IMG/VR virus record: IMGVR_UViG_3300032268_001483
Coordinates: 1 to 64,000 of that record
Length of the DNA stretch: 64,000 bases
From: a virus
Direction: 5' to 3' (one strand)
Part shown: positions 30,414 to 40,174 of the stretch, piece by piece
Numbering within the stretch: the stretch's first letter is position 1
How the letters are laid out: every line of letters starts with the position of its first letter
Made by a program: the position numbers and the translations under genes
Notes under the pieces: model-generated
What the model was told of the DNA's origin: nothing
The model's database searches: none
What the model saw: the letters and a program-made list of their open reading frames with translations, nothing else

Positions 30414-30944
30414 ATGAGAAACTTAGTCACAACAATCTTTTTATTTTTTGTTATCGTCAATACATCGTTTTCTCAAACTATTACTGCATATTCAGAATTA
30501 GAACAAAAGTCCTTTGAAGTAGAAATTCCAGATTCTCTTTTTGTAGTTTTTGGTGAAAGAATCGAAGGTACAAATAATAGCTACATAGACCAAACTGAAA
30601 TTAGTTTAGGTTTCGATATACTTCTTATGAATGAACCTTTGACTCGCATCAAATATTTCGAAACTCAAGATGGTATGTCAACTGAAAAAAGAATCGATTT
30701 AGAATCTGTGACTGAGGCATTTTTTGGTGAAGATTTTACACAGGATTTCAAATTGAAGAGTGAGTCAGAGATAAATAGAATGTTATCAAAACAAGTTTCT
30801 ACTAAATTTGGTATAATTGAAACGTTTGAAATCAAGACTATAAAATTAATTTTTTTAGACATCTATGGTCGCAGAATATCTGACTTCGATTATTATGACA
30901 ACAAGTTTCTACTAAATAAAATAATCAAATTAGCCAATAATTAA
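30414..30944 (+). CDS. Hypothetical secreted protein
   Basis: Signal peptide ending ..NTSFSQ; TATATTTG at 30374-30381. Confidence 0.6.
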   Translation: MRNLVTTIFLFFVIVNTSFSQTITAYSELEQKSFEVEIPDSLFVVFGERIEGTNNSYIDQTEISLGFDILLMNEPLTRIKYFETQDGMSTEKRIDLESVTEAFFGEDFTQDFKLKSESEINRMLSKQVSTKFGIIETFEIKTIKLIFLDIYGRRISDFDYYDNKFLLNKIIKLANN

Positions 30945-30974
30945 AAAAAAGAGGATTTAAAATCCTCTTTTTTT
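30943..30974. terminator. Bidirectional terminator
   Basis: A8-gaggattt-aaaatcctc-T-run between converging genes. Confidence 0.7.
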
Positions 30975-32510
30975 ATTTTGTCTGAAATTTTCAAAAGTTC
31001 TTAAATATTTCAAAGATTCCTTTTTTATTGTAATACCTCTACGAAGGTTTGGATCGGATAAATCAGTTTTAGTTTCTACTTCAGCAGTTTTAGTTCTGAT
31101 TTTATATTTAGTTTCACCAACTTTTACTCTAGTCTCACCAGTTTCTACTTTTTTGATTGGTTTTTTCACATCTAATTCCTTTCCTGGAAGACTTCCTGTT
31201 CCGTGAACCGCGGATTTTTTGGGTTTGAAGTTATCTACAAAATCTTGTACTTTTTCATCTATATTAAATTCTTCTAAAATTTGTTCCTTTGATACTCCTG
31301 TTTTCTTAGTAATACCGTCAACAAAATTTAGAAAACTTTCTTTATAATCACTCATCGCCTTTTCAACAAATTCTTTCATAACACTTTGTCTTTCGTCCTC
31401 TGTTTTAGCTGATTTGAATTTATTTAAGTATGATTTAATTTCATCTTTGTTCATTTTTTTTACTTTAATATCCATGTCTTTTATAGAAGAACTTAAATCT
31501 TTCGGTATCAATAAGAAATCATACAAAAGATATAGTTGACCGTCAACTATATCTATAATGTTCTGTTCTCTAGCCTCACCCAAATTAGTAGCCTTTCTGA
31601 GTCCAGATCCACCAATAATTATATCATTCATATTTGTTAAATTGTCGACATGCACACCGTCTTTAATTACTGGAGAATTTTTCCCAAAAATTCCTTGAAA
31701 TAAGAATAAATCCGCATCACCTGGTATTTTACCACTTTTGATAATATTTTCATAGTGTTCGGTACCTAATTGAAATGCAACGTGTATAGTTTCAAATTTC
31801 AATTCTTTATCCGCTGTAGTTCTAATCGAAACATAATCCGTATCTTTGAAATTTCCCTCACTATCTACAGCCGCACTCTTCATTTCAAGTACATTAAGTT
31901 TAATAAAATTTTTATTGCCTTTATCCAAATGAGATTGATTATTGGCAGCAGTTCTTACCAATAAGTATAATCCATTTCCAGAGGCAATAATTTTTTTATT
32001 TTTCCCATCTCCTAAAGTCAATGATATTTTACCAGATTCATTTACAACCTCACCATCTATACTTATGAAGTCAGTAATATCAGTTCCCAAGTTATTAACC
32101 TTCTTTTTAGCACCAGCTTTTTTCGCCTCTGCTTCTGATATATATTTGCCTTTTCCAACAACTTCTGACGAAGTGCGTATAGCCTCCTCAATATCTTTTT
32201 GATAAATTTCTACATAGTGAGTTGGTACACCAGCTTCTGGTGATGTGGGTAGATTTTCTTGTATATCTTTTATATTATGAGCCGGATTGGGTAAATTATA
32301 ATAAACCTCATGATCCGATGTTCTCGCAACTCCAAATTCAATAGTTAATGTAGATTGTTGCATTGCTTGTTGAAGACTAATTGTGTATGGTGATGCTACT
32401 TGACCAGTTGCTGTAATTGCCTGCATTATGAGCGCAATTTGCTCCATTGATACTTCTTCATTTATCATTTCACTTTCGAACTTTTTCAAGTGTTTCAATT
32501 CTTTTTTCAT
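30957..32510 (-). CDS. Large protein with the tag at both termini
   Basis: N: MKKELKHLKKFESEMINEE; C: KESLKYLRTFENF; TAATATATA at 32531-32539. Confidence 0.6.
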   Translation of the reverse strand: MKKELKHLKKFESEMINEEVSMEQIALIMQAITATGQVASPYTISLQQAMQQSTLTIEFGVARTSDHEVYYNLPNPAHNIKDIQENLPTSPEAGVPTHYVEIYQKDIEEAIRTSSEVVGKGKYISEAEAKKAGAKKKVNNLGTDITDFISIDGEVVNESGKISLTLGDGKNKKIIASGNGLYLLVRTAANNQSHLDKGNKNFIKLNVLEMKSAAVDSEGNFKDTDYVSIRTTADKELKFETIHVAFQLGTEHYENIIKSGKIPGDADLFLFQGIFGKNSPVIKDGVHVDNLTNMNDIIIGGSGLRKATNLGEAREQNIIDIVDGQLYLLYDFLLIPKDLSSSIKDMDIKVKKMNKDEIKSYLNKFKSAKTEDERQSVMKEFVEKAMSDYKESFLNFVDGITKKTGVSKEQILEEFNIDEKVQDFVDNFKPKKSAVHGTGSLPGKELDVKKPIKKVETGETRVKVGETKYKIRTKTAEVETKTDLSDPNLRRGITIKKESLKYLRTFENFRQNKKRGF

Positions 32511-32608
32511 ATTAATGGTTTATTTTATTGTATATATTAAAAATAAATTTCATTTTTTAATTTTTTTTTTTTTAATTATTTTAATATATATAAAAAAAAG
32601 AAAACAAA

Positions 32609-33631
32609 ATGCGTTTAAAATCATTTGAAAACTATTTAATAGATGAAGAATTAATCTATAATCCCGAAGGCGTTAAACCAACAGGTACTGAGACTTCAAC
32701 TTTTTCGAACAGACTTGTTTATTGGAATAACTTACCTAAAAAATTTAAACAAGAAACTCTAACAGAAGAAGAGAAAAAAGATTATAATAGAATTCTTAAT
32801 GCGAGAACTTGGTGGTTGATGACTGATTTGGAAAATTCAAATATAGACGAAAAGAAAAAGAAAGAATATCAAAAACGTTTCAAAGATTTTGAGGAGGCTT
32901 TGGATAGAGCATACAAACAAATACCCGATGATTTCTTTGTTAGAAAAAATAAAAAACACATATCAAGTTCACTAAGAAGAAGTTCTTTAAAAGGACCTGA
33001 AAAAAACATGAAATTTGAACCGACTTCATATAGCAAAATCAAGGTGAAAAGTTTTGCTAATGAAAAATTGAACTACACAGCACCTGTAAGACCAAAACCA
33101 AAAGAAGTTTCAGAAGTTTTACAAAAATTTAACGATTGGTTAGAAACTGTAGAGATGCCTTGGAATGAAATATCTTCATATTTGGGTGTAATAACAAAAA
33201 TAGATCAAAAAGAGAATCCAAGCTATGATACTGGCGAGATACCCAAATTAGTTGGAAAAACACTAAACATGCTAACAGATTTAGTACAATATTCTTCTGA
33301 ATTGGCTGTTGGAGATGATTTTAATATGTCAAAAAGCGAATATGAGGAAGCCAAATCACCTTTTGGTAGAGCAAAAAATGATGCGATGACTAAAATTGAA
33401 AAAATTGAAGAATACCTATATAGTGACTATTATATACCAAGAGGCGGTGAAAAGTATCGAGGTTTGATAGAAAATAAAATAAGAGAAATAGAAAGAACAT
33501 TCAAAACAAAAGATGCGGATTCCGTATTGAAATTAACCGAAGAACTTAAGAAATTAATCAATGAAGCCGACTTTAGATTCAAACAAAATGAAAGTTTGAA
33601 TAACATACTTAGATTTAATCAATTCGGGTAA
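32609..33631 (+). CDS. Helical protein with the tag at both termini
   Basis: N: MRLKSFENYLIDEE; C: NESLNNILRFNQF; TAATATATA at 32582-32590. Confidence 0.6.
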   Translation: MRLKSFENYLIDEELIYNPEGVKPTGTETSTFSNRLVYWNNLPKKFKQETLTEEEKKDYNRILNARTWWLMTDLENSNIDEKKKKEYQKRFKDFEEALDRAYKQIPDDFFVRKNKKHISSSLRRSSLKGPEKNMKFEPTSYSKIKVKSFANEKLNYTAPVRPKPKEVSEVLQKFNDWLETVEMPWNEISSYLGVITKIDQKENPSYDTGEIPKLVGKTLNMLTDLVQYSSELAVGDDFNMSKSEYEEAKSPFGRAKNDAMTKIEKIEEYLYSDYYIPRGGEKYRGLIENKIREIERTFKTKDADSVLKLTEELKKLINEADFRFKQNESLNNILRFNQFG

Positions 33632-33633
33632 TA

Positions 33634-34839
33634 TCAAAAAACTAGAGGTAATTCTTCCCAGGAAGTAGTATAATTCTTTGAAAGAAAATCTCTTCTTGTC
33701 ATCCATTTTTGAGATTCTACTTTTGGGACTATTGCCTCCTCAAAACTTTCATAGATTAAACTTTCCTGTTTAATTTCCTGTGGACTTAAACTATGTAAGT
33801 TGATACCTGCCTTATAATACAATCTAAGTGGCATAGAATCTAAATAATAAGAAATTTGATTCCATATTTCCTTTATATCCGAGGTTTGTTCTAATAGTCT
33901 GAGTGTTACACTCCAAACAAAGTAATTTTCATCAAAACGATTAGTAGTTGCAAATAAAGTAACTTTATACGATGTTAAATTTTCTCTTACTAATTTTAGA
34001 TGACAATTTTCTAAGAATGTCCAAAAGGCATTTTTAACTTGTTCGTGCTCCCAAACTGTGCTACCGAAAGTTCTTGATGAAGTAATCATCTTTGGTTTTT
34101 TAAAGTTTGTTTGTACATCATAACAAAGACCACCATTTAACTCAAGCCAAGTTCTTAGTCCAGTAACGTGTAAAAACTTTCTGACTATACCTGGATCTAA
34201 TTTAGTAAAATCTACAACATTAATTACCTCTAACTTTTGCAATCTTTTCTTATAGTTCCTACCAATACCCCAGACTTCATCTATATCAATTTGTTTAAGT
34301 AATTGTATATCTATATCATAGTAAGAACAAACACCACCATATTCTTCTCTTTTCTTTTTAGAAATGAAATTGCAAAGTTTAGCTAAGGTTTTATTAGGAG
34401 CAACACCAATAGAAACTGGTATTCCAGTTTGTTTTTGAATTGTATCTTTAATTTTTTGACACTCTTCCCAAACTTTATCATCTGAAATATGACTTAAATC
34501 TAAAAAGGATTCATCAATAGAATATACTTCAACTTTTGGAACCAATCTTTTTAAGATAGTTGCAATTCTATCAGAGATATCACCATAAAGTGTATAGTTA
34601 GAAGAGAATTTTTTTATTTTGTCTTTGATGGTTTTATCTAATTTAAAAAGTGGCTGGCCCATCTTAATACCCATATCTTTTACTTCTTGACTTCTGGCAA
34701 TAATACAACCGTCATTATTAGATAATACGACGGTTGGTTTGGTGTCAAATTGAGGATCGAAAAGTCTTTCACAGGAGCAATAAAAATTATTGGCGTCGAT
34801 TATTGCTATTTTTTTATTTGATTTTATATGCTCAAACAT
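33634..34839 (-). CDS. umuC: Y-family DNA polymerase (Pol V catalytic subunit-like)
   Basis: IDANNFYCSCER, VVLSNNDGCIIARS, YSIDESFLD, PVSIGVAPNKTLAK, C-terminal LSKNYTTSWEELP. Confidence 0.92.
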   Translation of the reverse strand: MFEHIKSNKKIAIIDANNFYCSCERLFDPQFDTKPTVVLSNNDGCIIARSQEVKDMGIKMGQPLFKLDKTIKDKIKKFSSNYTLYGDISDRIATILKRLVPKVEVYSIDESFLDLSHISDDKVWEECQKIKDTIQKQTGIPVSIGVAPNKTLAKLCNFISKKKREEYGGVCSYYDIDIQLLKQIDIDEVWGIGRNYKKRLQKLEVINVVDFTKLDPGIVRKFLHVTGLRTWLELNGGLCYDVQTNFKKPKMITSSRTFGSTVWEHEQVKNAFWTFLENCHLKLVRENLTSYKVTLFATTNRFDENYFVWSVTLRLLEQTSDIKEIWNQISYYLDSMPLRLYYKAGINLHSLSPQEIKQESLIYESFEEAIVPKVESQKWMTRRDFLSKNYTTSWEELPLVF

Positions 34840-35147
34840 TACTTTTTAATTTGTGATAATACCCAGGTGACTACTCCCCATACATTAGTTTGTGAATTAA
34901 ATTTTTCTAAAATAATATTATCTTCTTTAATTAGGACTAAATCATCTTGTGAGGGATTTAAGGATTTGTCTACTACTAAAATATCACCGGTTTTTGCACC
35001 ATATTTTGAGGTACCTTCATATTTAAAATAGTAAGTAGTGATAATATCTTTTGGAATTAATCGATTTAAGTCCAATCGATTTTGAACATAGTTTTCTGCG
35101 GGAGACCCAAATCCTGTTGTTTTAGTTTTGACTTCTAATTGTTCCAT
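34839..35147 (-). CDS. umuD: Shortened, divergent UmuD-like protein
   Basis: TGFGSPAENYVQNRLDLN, GDILVVDKS, VWGVVTWV; adjacent to umuC. Confidence 0.75.
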   Translation of the reverse strand: MEQLEVKTKTTGFGSPAENYVQNRLDLNRLIPKDIITTYYFKYEGTSKYGAKTGDILVVDKSLNPSQDDLVLIKEDNIILEKFNSQTNVWGVVTWVLSQIKK

Positions 35148-35347
35148 TTTTGTAATAATTGATCGATGTTGGTAATACAGTCATTAGCAAAAGCAAGTTC
35201 TTCGATTTGCTTTCTAAGTTCTTCCATAACCTGTGGATGCTCACCGATACCAGCAGCATTTGTAAGATAAACTTGAATTGTTTCTTCAGCTTCCGCAACT
35301 CTGGCTTCGTAGTGTTTTTTGGCGGCTTCTAATCTACTTAATTTCAT
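35135..35347 (-). CDS. Conserved phage hypothetical protein
   Basis: I.VYL.N.AGIGEHPQVMEE motif. Confidence 0.6.
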   Translation of the reverse strand: MKLSRLEAAKKHYEARVAEAEETIQVYLTNAAGIGEHPQVMEELRKQIEELAFANDCITNIDQLLQKWNN

Positions 35348-35448
35348 TTTTAATAAAGTATTTTCTTTTTTTTATAATACTGACACATTAAAGTTTAATA
35401 AATAAGGAGAGTTTTAGTATGATTTAATAAAAATAACCTTGAATTTTT

Positions 35449-35781
35449 ATGACAATTATTAGACTAATAAGCTATTTAGAGGATACCTCTAGAACACTAA
35501 GTGAATTTGGTGTAAACGTGGAAAGAATACCGATTAATACTGGAACAAGATTTCATAATAAATTAGGCGTCTCTTTCAATATTAAAATATTTAATCAAGA
35601 CTATTCAATTGGATTTTATCAAGAGACTATCGATAAAGAGAATTGGAAATTTTCAGAGACTAAGTTAAAATCTTGGTGCAAAAGAAATTCTGAAAAATAT
35701 TCATCAAAATCTTTATATTACTTATTGGAAAACTTCAAGACAATTAGTAGAAATCGAAAGATTAATCAAATATTGAAATGA
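35449..35781 (+). CDS. Small protein with C-terminal tag
   Basis: Ends SRNRKINQILK. Confidence 0.55.
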   Translation: MTIIRLISYLEDTSRTLSEFGVNVERIPINTGTRFHNKLGVSFNIKIFNQDYSIGFYQETIDKENWKFSETKLKSWCKRNSEKYSSKSLYYLLENFKTISRNRKINQILK

Positions 35782-35811
35782 AAAAAATCCATCTTTTTAT
35801 CGATGGATTTT
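35781..35811. terminator. Bidirectional terminator
   Basis: aaaatccatc...gatggatttt stem between converging genes. Confidence 0.65.
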
Positions 35812-35847
35812 AGAGAGAAAAAAAAAATAAATGAAACACTTAAAACC

Positions 35848-36102
35848 TTAAATCTTTTCGATTTCTTCAACAAGTTCGAAATCTTTTTTTGTAATTATAT
35901 CACCTCTATCGTGAGTTGTTGTTTTTACTTCAACAGTATTATAATTAATTATTATAGTTGGATGATGTTTTAATTCGCTAGCAATTTTAGCTACTTTATT
36001 TACAAAGTCGATTGATGAGTCAAAATCTCCAAATTCAAATTTTTTATAAAGGTAGTTATTAATTTCTAACCAATCGTTTTGGATTTGTGAAAATCTTTTC
36101 AT
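35848..36102 (-). CDS. phhB: Pterin-4a-carbinolamine dehydratase
   Basis: KKFEFGDF..FVNKVA..HHPTI..V.V.TTTHD..TKKDF; likely ATG at 36102. Confidence 0.85.
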   Translation of the reverse strand: MKRFSQIQNDWLEINNYLYKKFEFGDFDSSIDFVNKVAKIASELKHHPTIIINYNTVEVKTTTHDRGDIITKKDFELVEEIEKI

Positions 36103-36222
36103 ATCTTTATATATTGAAATATAAAAGGTCACAATATCTATTTTGAAAAATAAATTATAAAAAATTTCGATTTTATAAAGTATTTTATTATCTTTACATA
36201 ACAAACATTAAAACAAAAAAAT

Positions 36223-36573
36223 ATGAACTTAATATTAATCGATTTGAAACAATATAATCATCCTAAATTAAAGGAATTAGCTGAACATTTTGATTTTAAT
36301 GCTGAATCTTTAGTTTTGTTCAAAGATAATGGTGTTGCAAAAATATGGGTTGATTTAGATACTAAAGATGTAGTTACTTTTACTATAAAAAAAGATAACA
36401 CTATTAGATTGGGTGACCAGTTTATGGAAAAACTTCTCTCTTTGAAAGCCTTTGAATTACCAAAAAAACCTAAATCCCTTTCTTTAGATTCTATATTAGA
36501 AAAAATATCTAATCTTGGAATTAACTCACTAACAACTGATGAGAAAAATTATCTCGATAATTTAAATAAATAA
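36223..36573 (+). CDS. Hypothetical protein with DUF6576-like C-terminus
   Basis: LDSILEKISNLGINSLTTDEKNYL. Confidence 0.6.
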   Translation: MNLILIDLKQYNHPKLKELAEHFDFNAESLVLFKDNGVAKIWVDLDTKDVVTFTIKKDNTIRLGDQFMEKLLSLKAFELPKKPKSLSLDSILEKISNLGINSLTTDEKNYLDNLNK

Positions 36574-36653
36574 AAATAAAAAATCAGTAAAAAATTGTTT
36601 AATTAAATTTTAATCACTATATTTGTACTATTAAATTGTAAAAAAAAAAAATT

Positions 36654-36845
36654 ATGAAATCAATAAAATTCACCAATCGCGAAAAACTTTTACTACACAT
36701 TACTAATTTAGTAATTGGATTCTTTATATTCTACTTAATGGGTATATTAACTATATCTGGCTCTTTTTTATTGTTAGTAACCGTTTTATTGAGTACGGAA
36801 TTGGGATTTTTTTTACTTCAAAAAAATAAAAAAATGAATCAGTAG
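36654..36845 (+). CDS. Small membrane protein
   Basis: Two TM helices; TATATTTG at 36618-36625. Confidence 0.55.
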   Translation: MKSIKFTNREKLLLHITNLVIGFFIFYLMGILTISGSFLLLVTVLLSTELGFFLLQKNKKMNQ

Positions 36846-37003
36846 ACACCCAACAAATAAAAAAAAAATTAAAAATCAAAAAAAATCAAAAAATCAATTT
36901 TTTGATTTTTTTTTTGTTATATATAGATTATAAACCTTCAGGGAGAATTTAAAAATTTATTATCTTGAAAGTTTAATAAAATAACAAAAAAAAAAATTAT
37001 ATC

Positions 37004-37711
37004 ATGAAACATCTAAAAACCTATGAATCATTTAATTATGATGTTTATTCATTGAATGAAGAGGAAGAAATACTCGGTTTTCTTAAAAAAGTTGGATCTA
37101 CGATTGCTAGCGCATTCTCTTCTGTCGTGAATTTTTTCAAGAAAATGTTTAGTAAACTATTCACTTTCAACGTATCTGCTTATAAAGCAAAAGCAGAAAA
37201 ACTTGTAGAAGACGTTCAAAAGACTGAACAGTGGAAAAAATTCATCGAATCTATGGTCGGTAAATTAAGTTCTGAGCAAGTAGCAAATCTTGAGTCAACT
37301 GTCAAAACTACACAATTTTCAGAGACAGAATGTGAAAATATGGGAGAGGCAGTTAAATCACTCACAGGCGCACAAGAAAAAGTTGAAGAAGTAACAGAAA
37401 AATTGAGATCTGGGCTCATCACAGAAAGCAGAGGATATTATTTGCTTAGAGAGGCACAAGAACAAAAAGAAGATGCTGAAAAACAATTGAGACAGGAAAT
37501 TGAGAAAAAGATGGGTAAACTTCAGGCTGGTGTCTTCATAACTGGTCTTTCAGCTTTCATTGTGACTACTATTGGTCTTTTATCAGGTAGTTTTGCAGTT
37601 GCGGTAATCGGAGCAGGTGTATTAGTTGCTGGTCTTATAGCTGCAGCTATAGCTGCTGTTGCAATTGTAGCAAAGGGCGCAAAAACAGGTGAGTTACCAA
37701 GAGGTTTGTAA
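37004..37711 (+). CDS. Tagged protein with amphipathic N-helix and C-terminal TM hairpin
   Basis: MKHLKTYESF..SLNEEEEILGFLKKVG; long Ala/Gly/Ile-rich hydrophobic C-terminus. Confidence 0.65.
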   Translation: MKHLKTYESFNYDVYSLNEEEEILGFLKKVGSTIASAFSSVVNFFKKMFSKLFTFNVSAYKAKAEKLVEDVQKTEQWKKFIESMVGKLSSEQVANLESTVKTTQFSETECENMGEAVKSLTGAQEKVEEVTEKLRSGLITESRGYYLLREAQEQKEDAEKQLRQEIEKKMGKLQAGVFITGLSAFIVTTIGLLSGSFAVAVIGAGVLVAGLIAAAIAAVAIVAKGAKTGELPRGL

Positions 37712-37749
37712 ATTAATTTGACTTTAATAATAAATTAATTACAGTAAAT

Positions 37750-37786
37750 AAAAAGAATAAAAGGGAATTACCCTTTTATTCTTTTT
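37750..37786 (+). terminator. Intrinsic terminator
   Basis: 16 bp arms aaaaagaataaaaggg/cccttttattcttttt, 5 nt loop. Confidence 0.75.
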
Positions 37787-37827
37787 AATTTAAAATTTAA
37801 ATATATAATAAAATTATATGTTTAATA

Positions 37828-38346
37828 ATGAATTTCCTAAACTTTCTCTTAAACAACTCAGTTTTTTTGCTAGGATTAGCCACTTTGACAAAAGCTGTAT
37901 GGGAATATTCTCAAAAAAGAAGATTCGAAAAGGATCTTTTTCTACACCAACAGTTAGAAAGATTCTTCGCCATTGAAGAAGTTCAAGTTGTACATAGAAT
38001 TTTAGATTGGAACTCTATGAAAGTCACCTATCAATGCACTGACTACTATTTAGATGATGCAATTATCCTTGAAGGTATCAAAACTCACGATAAGAAAAAT
38101 AAGTTCAGTGAGAGGGAAGTCATGATTAGAAAAATATTCGATAGATACTTTGACGAATTGAATCACCTTATTATTCTTAAAGACTGTAATTTAATAGATG
38201 AAAAAAATCTTAGAAGATTCTTAAGATATTGGATTGATATACTTAGAGGTTCTAAGAAAAACAAATCGGACATAGTTATAACTTCTATACACCAATATTT
38301 AACATTCTATGATTATAAAGAAGTTAAAAAATTTATTCTAAAGTAA
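37828..38346 (+). CDS. Hypothetical protein with N-terminal TM
   Basis: 172 aa ORF. Confidence 0.55.
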   Translation: MNFLNFLLNNSVFLLGLATLTKAVWEYSQKRRFEKDLFLHQQLERFFAIEEVQVVHRILDWNSMKVTYQCTDYYLDDAIILEGIKTHDKKNKFSEREVMIRKIFDRYFDELNHLIILKDCNLIDEKNLRRFLRYWIDILRGSKKNKSDIVITSIHQYLTFYDYKEVKKFILK

Positions 38347-38529
38347 TTAATTCTTTCCGAGTTTTTCCTGAGCCATTTCTATAAGTTCAGGAAGTGAGTA
38401 ACCGTCATAATGACCGCTTTCTTGCCACCCATAAGCTAATTCAAGTACCTCTTTTGATGGTTCTTTTTTTGATGACCTCTTTTTTTCTTGTTCGTTTTCA
38501 AATACTTTAAATGATTTCAAATTTTTCAT
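38347..38529 (-). CDS. Small protein with N-terminal tag
   Basis: MKNLKSFKVFENE. Confidence 0.55.
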   Translation of the reverse strand: MKNLKSFKVFENEQEKKRSSKKEPSKEVLELAYGWQESGHYDGYSLPELIEMAQEKLGKN

Positions 38530-38545
38530 ATTTTTATAATTTTTA

Positions 38546-40174
38546 TTAACTTATAAATCTTATAACAAAAGTTCTAAACATTTCTAAGTCACTATTCAAT
38601 TTTCCCAAATCTTCACTCATTATTGAGTTTATAAAACTATCAGTATGATAAGTATATCCACACAAATTGTTAATTACACGTCTTATATATGCAAATTTTC
38701 GACTACCGTTAAATCCTGCTCTGATAGAATTAATTTTATAAAACAAAAATTCAGTATCATCAAAGGTATTTATTTCCTTCTTTTTAAGAATTTCATAAAA
38801 TTCGTTGAAAACTGCTTTCAATTTATCAACAAACTCGATATAAACTTTAGGATTATTTTCATTTGGCGAAGGCAACGAATTATTTGATGCCCTTTCCTTA
38901 ACAGATTTCTTGAATGTGTCAATACAATTTTCAAATTCTAAACTAAAGTTATTATTATTAGATATTCTAGTTTTGATAAGATTTATTAAATACCTTTGAT
39001 AATATTCTTTATCATCATCATCGATGAATAAATATAAATAATTTACGAATTGATTGAAATCATTAGTACTACCTGAGAGTGCAAAAGCTAATGCCTTTGG
39101 ACCACCACACATTTTTAGGACCGCACCTTTAAGATTCTTCAACTCTGGGTCGATTTGGACTCTTTTAGAAATTTCTTCGATGTATCTATTAATGTTTTTA
39201 GATTTAATCTGTTGGTCAGTCATAAGAGCAAGTGCTCCCTTTTTTCCAACTTCTCTTTCTTTTGAAGTATCACTCTTTTTTTTGTAGTCAGACTTTTGCA
39301 AATCTAGGTAATTCAAGACAATAGCAAAACTAGCTTTTTTGATTAGTGGTTCTATGTCACGATGTATTTCGACTTTCAAATATTGGTTCAAAATTCCATT
39401 CCATAGATAAGGATTCACTTCTTTGACAATATTTTCTTTAGTTTTTATTGGCTTAACTAGATAGGGTTCACCCGAATAATTATTAGTACTTGAAATTTGC
39501 CAACTACAATTACCATATTTTTTCCACTCATATCCAGAGGGTGACGAACCACAATATGAATTCTGTATCATATAAACACCATATTCTCTGTATACGGTTG
39601 CTATAAGGAGACTACCCCCGTTTTCTAATTTTATCAAAACTTTATCTCCAGTTTTCAACTCACTTAAGTCCATTAAACTAAGTGTTTTTACTTTTGTATA
39701 GTTTTCTATATTATCAGTGTTCTGAGCTTCCCTTATACTTCCATCAACACCAGTATATGTGATATAATTACCTTTAGTGTCAAACCAAAATTTTATCCAT
39801 TTCAAATTTTTTACTGATGACGGCTGAACACCGGTTCCTTTACAATTAGGGCACTCTACCATTCTTGTGCCGCTACCCCAGTTTCTTTTAATCTTACCCT
39901 GTTGACAGAATTCTCCCCTAATACCATTCTCGAATAACCCGAAACTTTCTGCTTCACAAGGCTCATCCTCATAGTTGATATTTAATTCGAGTGCCTTTTT
40001 AAAAGGTAAATATTGAAAAAAATCATCAGAAAATTGTGACATAGGAAAATCTATCCTACTTGCAATATTTTTTAGTTGATATAGGAATTGTTCCTTTCCG
40101 GTTGGAGAAAGAAATTTCATTGTTTTTCCTAAAATCTGAGATTCAAATGCTTCAAATAACTTTAAATATTTCAT
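38546..40174 (-). CDS. Large tagged protein with CxxC zinc-ribbon-like motif
   Basis: MKYLKLFEAFES; FCQQG..ECPNCKGTG. Confidence 0.6.
   Translation of the reverse strand: MKYLKLFEAFESQILGKTMKFLSPTGKEQFLYQLKNIASRIDFPMSQFSDDFFQYLPFKKALELNINYEDEPCEAESFGLFENGIRGEFCQQGKIKRNWGSGTRMVECPNCKGTGVQPSSVKNLKWIKFWFDTKGNYITYTGVDGSIREAQNTDNIENYTKVKTLSLMDLSELKTGDKVLIKLENGGSLLIATVYREYGVYMIQNSYCGSSPSGYEWKKYGNCSWQISSTNNYSGEPYLVKPIKTKENIVKEVNPYLWNGILNQYLKVEIHRDIEPLIKKASFAIVLNYLDLQKSDYKKKSDTSKEREVGKKGALALMTDQQIKSKNINRYIEEISKRVQIDPELKNLKGAVLKMCGGPKALAFALSGSTNDFNQFVNYLYLFIDDDDKEYYQRYLINLIKTRISNNNNFSLEFENCIDTFKKSVKERASNNSLPSPNENNPKVYIEFVDKLKAVFNEFYEILKKKEINTFDDTEFLFYKINSIRAGFNGSRKFAYIRRVINNLCGYTYHTDSFINSIMSEDLGKLNSDLEMFRTFVIRFIS

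Noticed and set aside
36869-36915. aaaaatca repeats with an inverted tgattttt copy as an origin or iteron array
   Set aside because: Low complexity, only three short copies; adequately explained as a terminator-like hairpin in an A/T tract.
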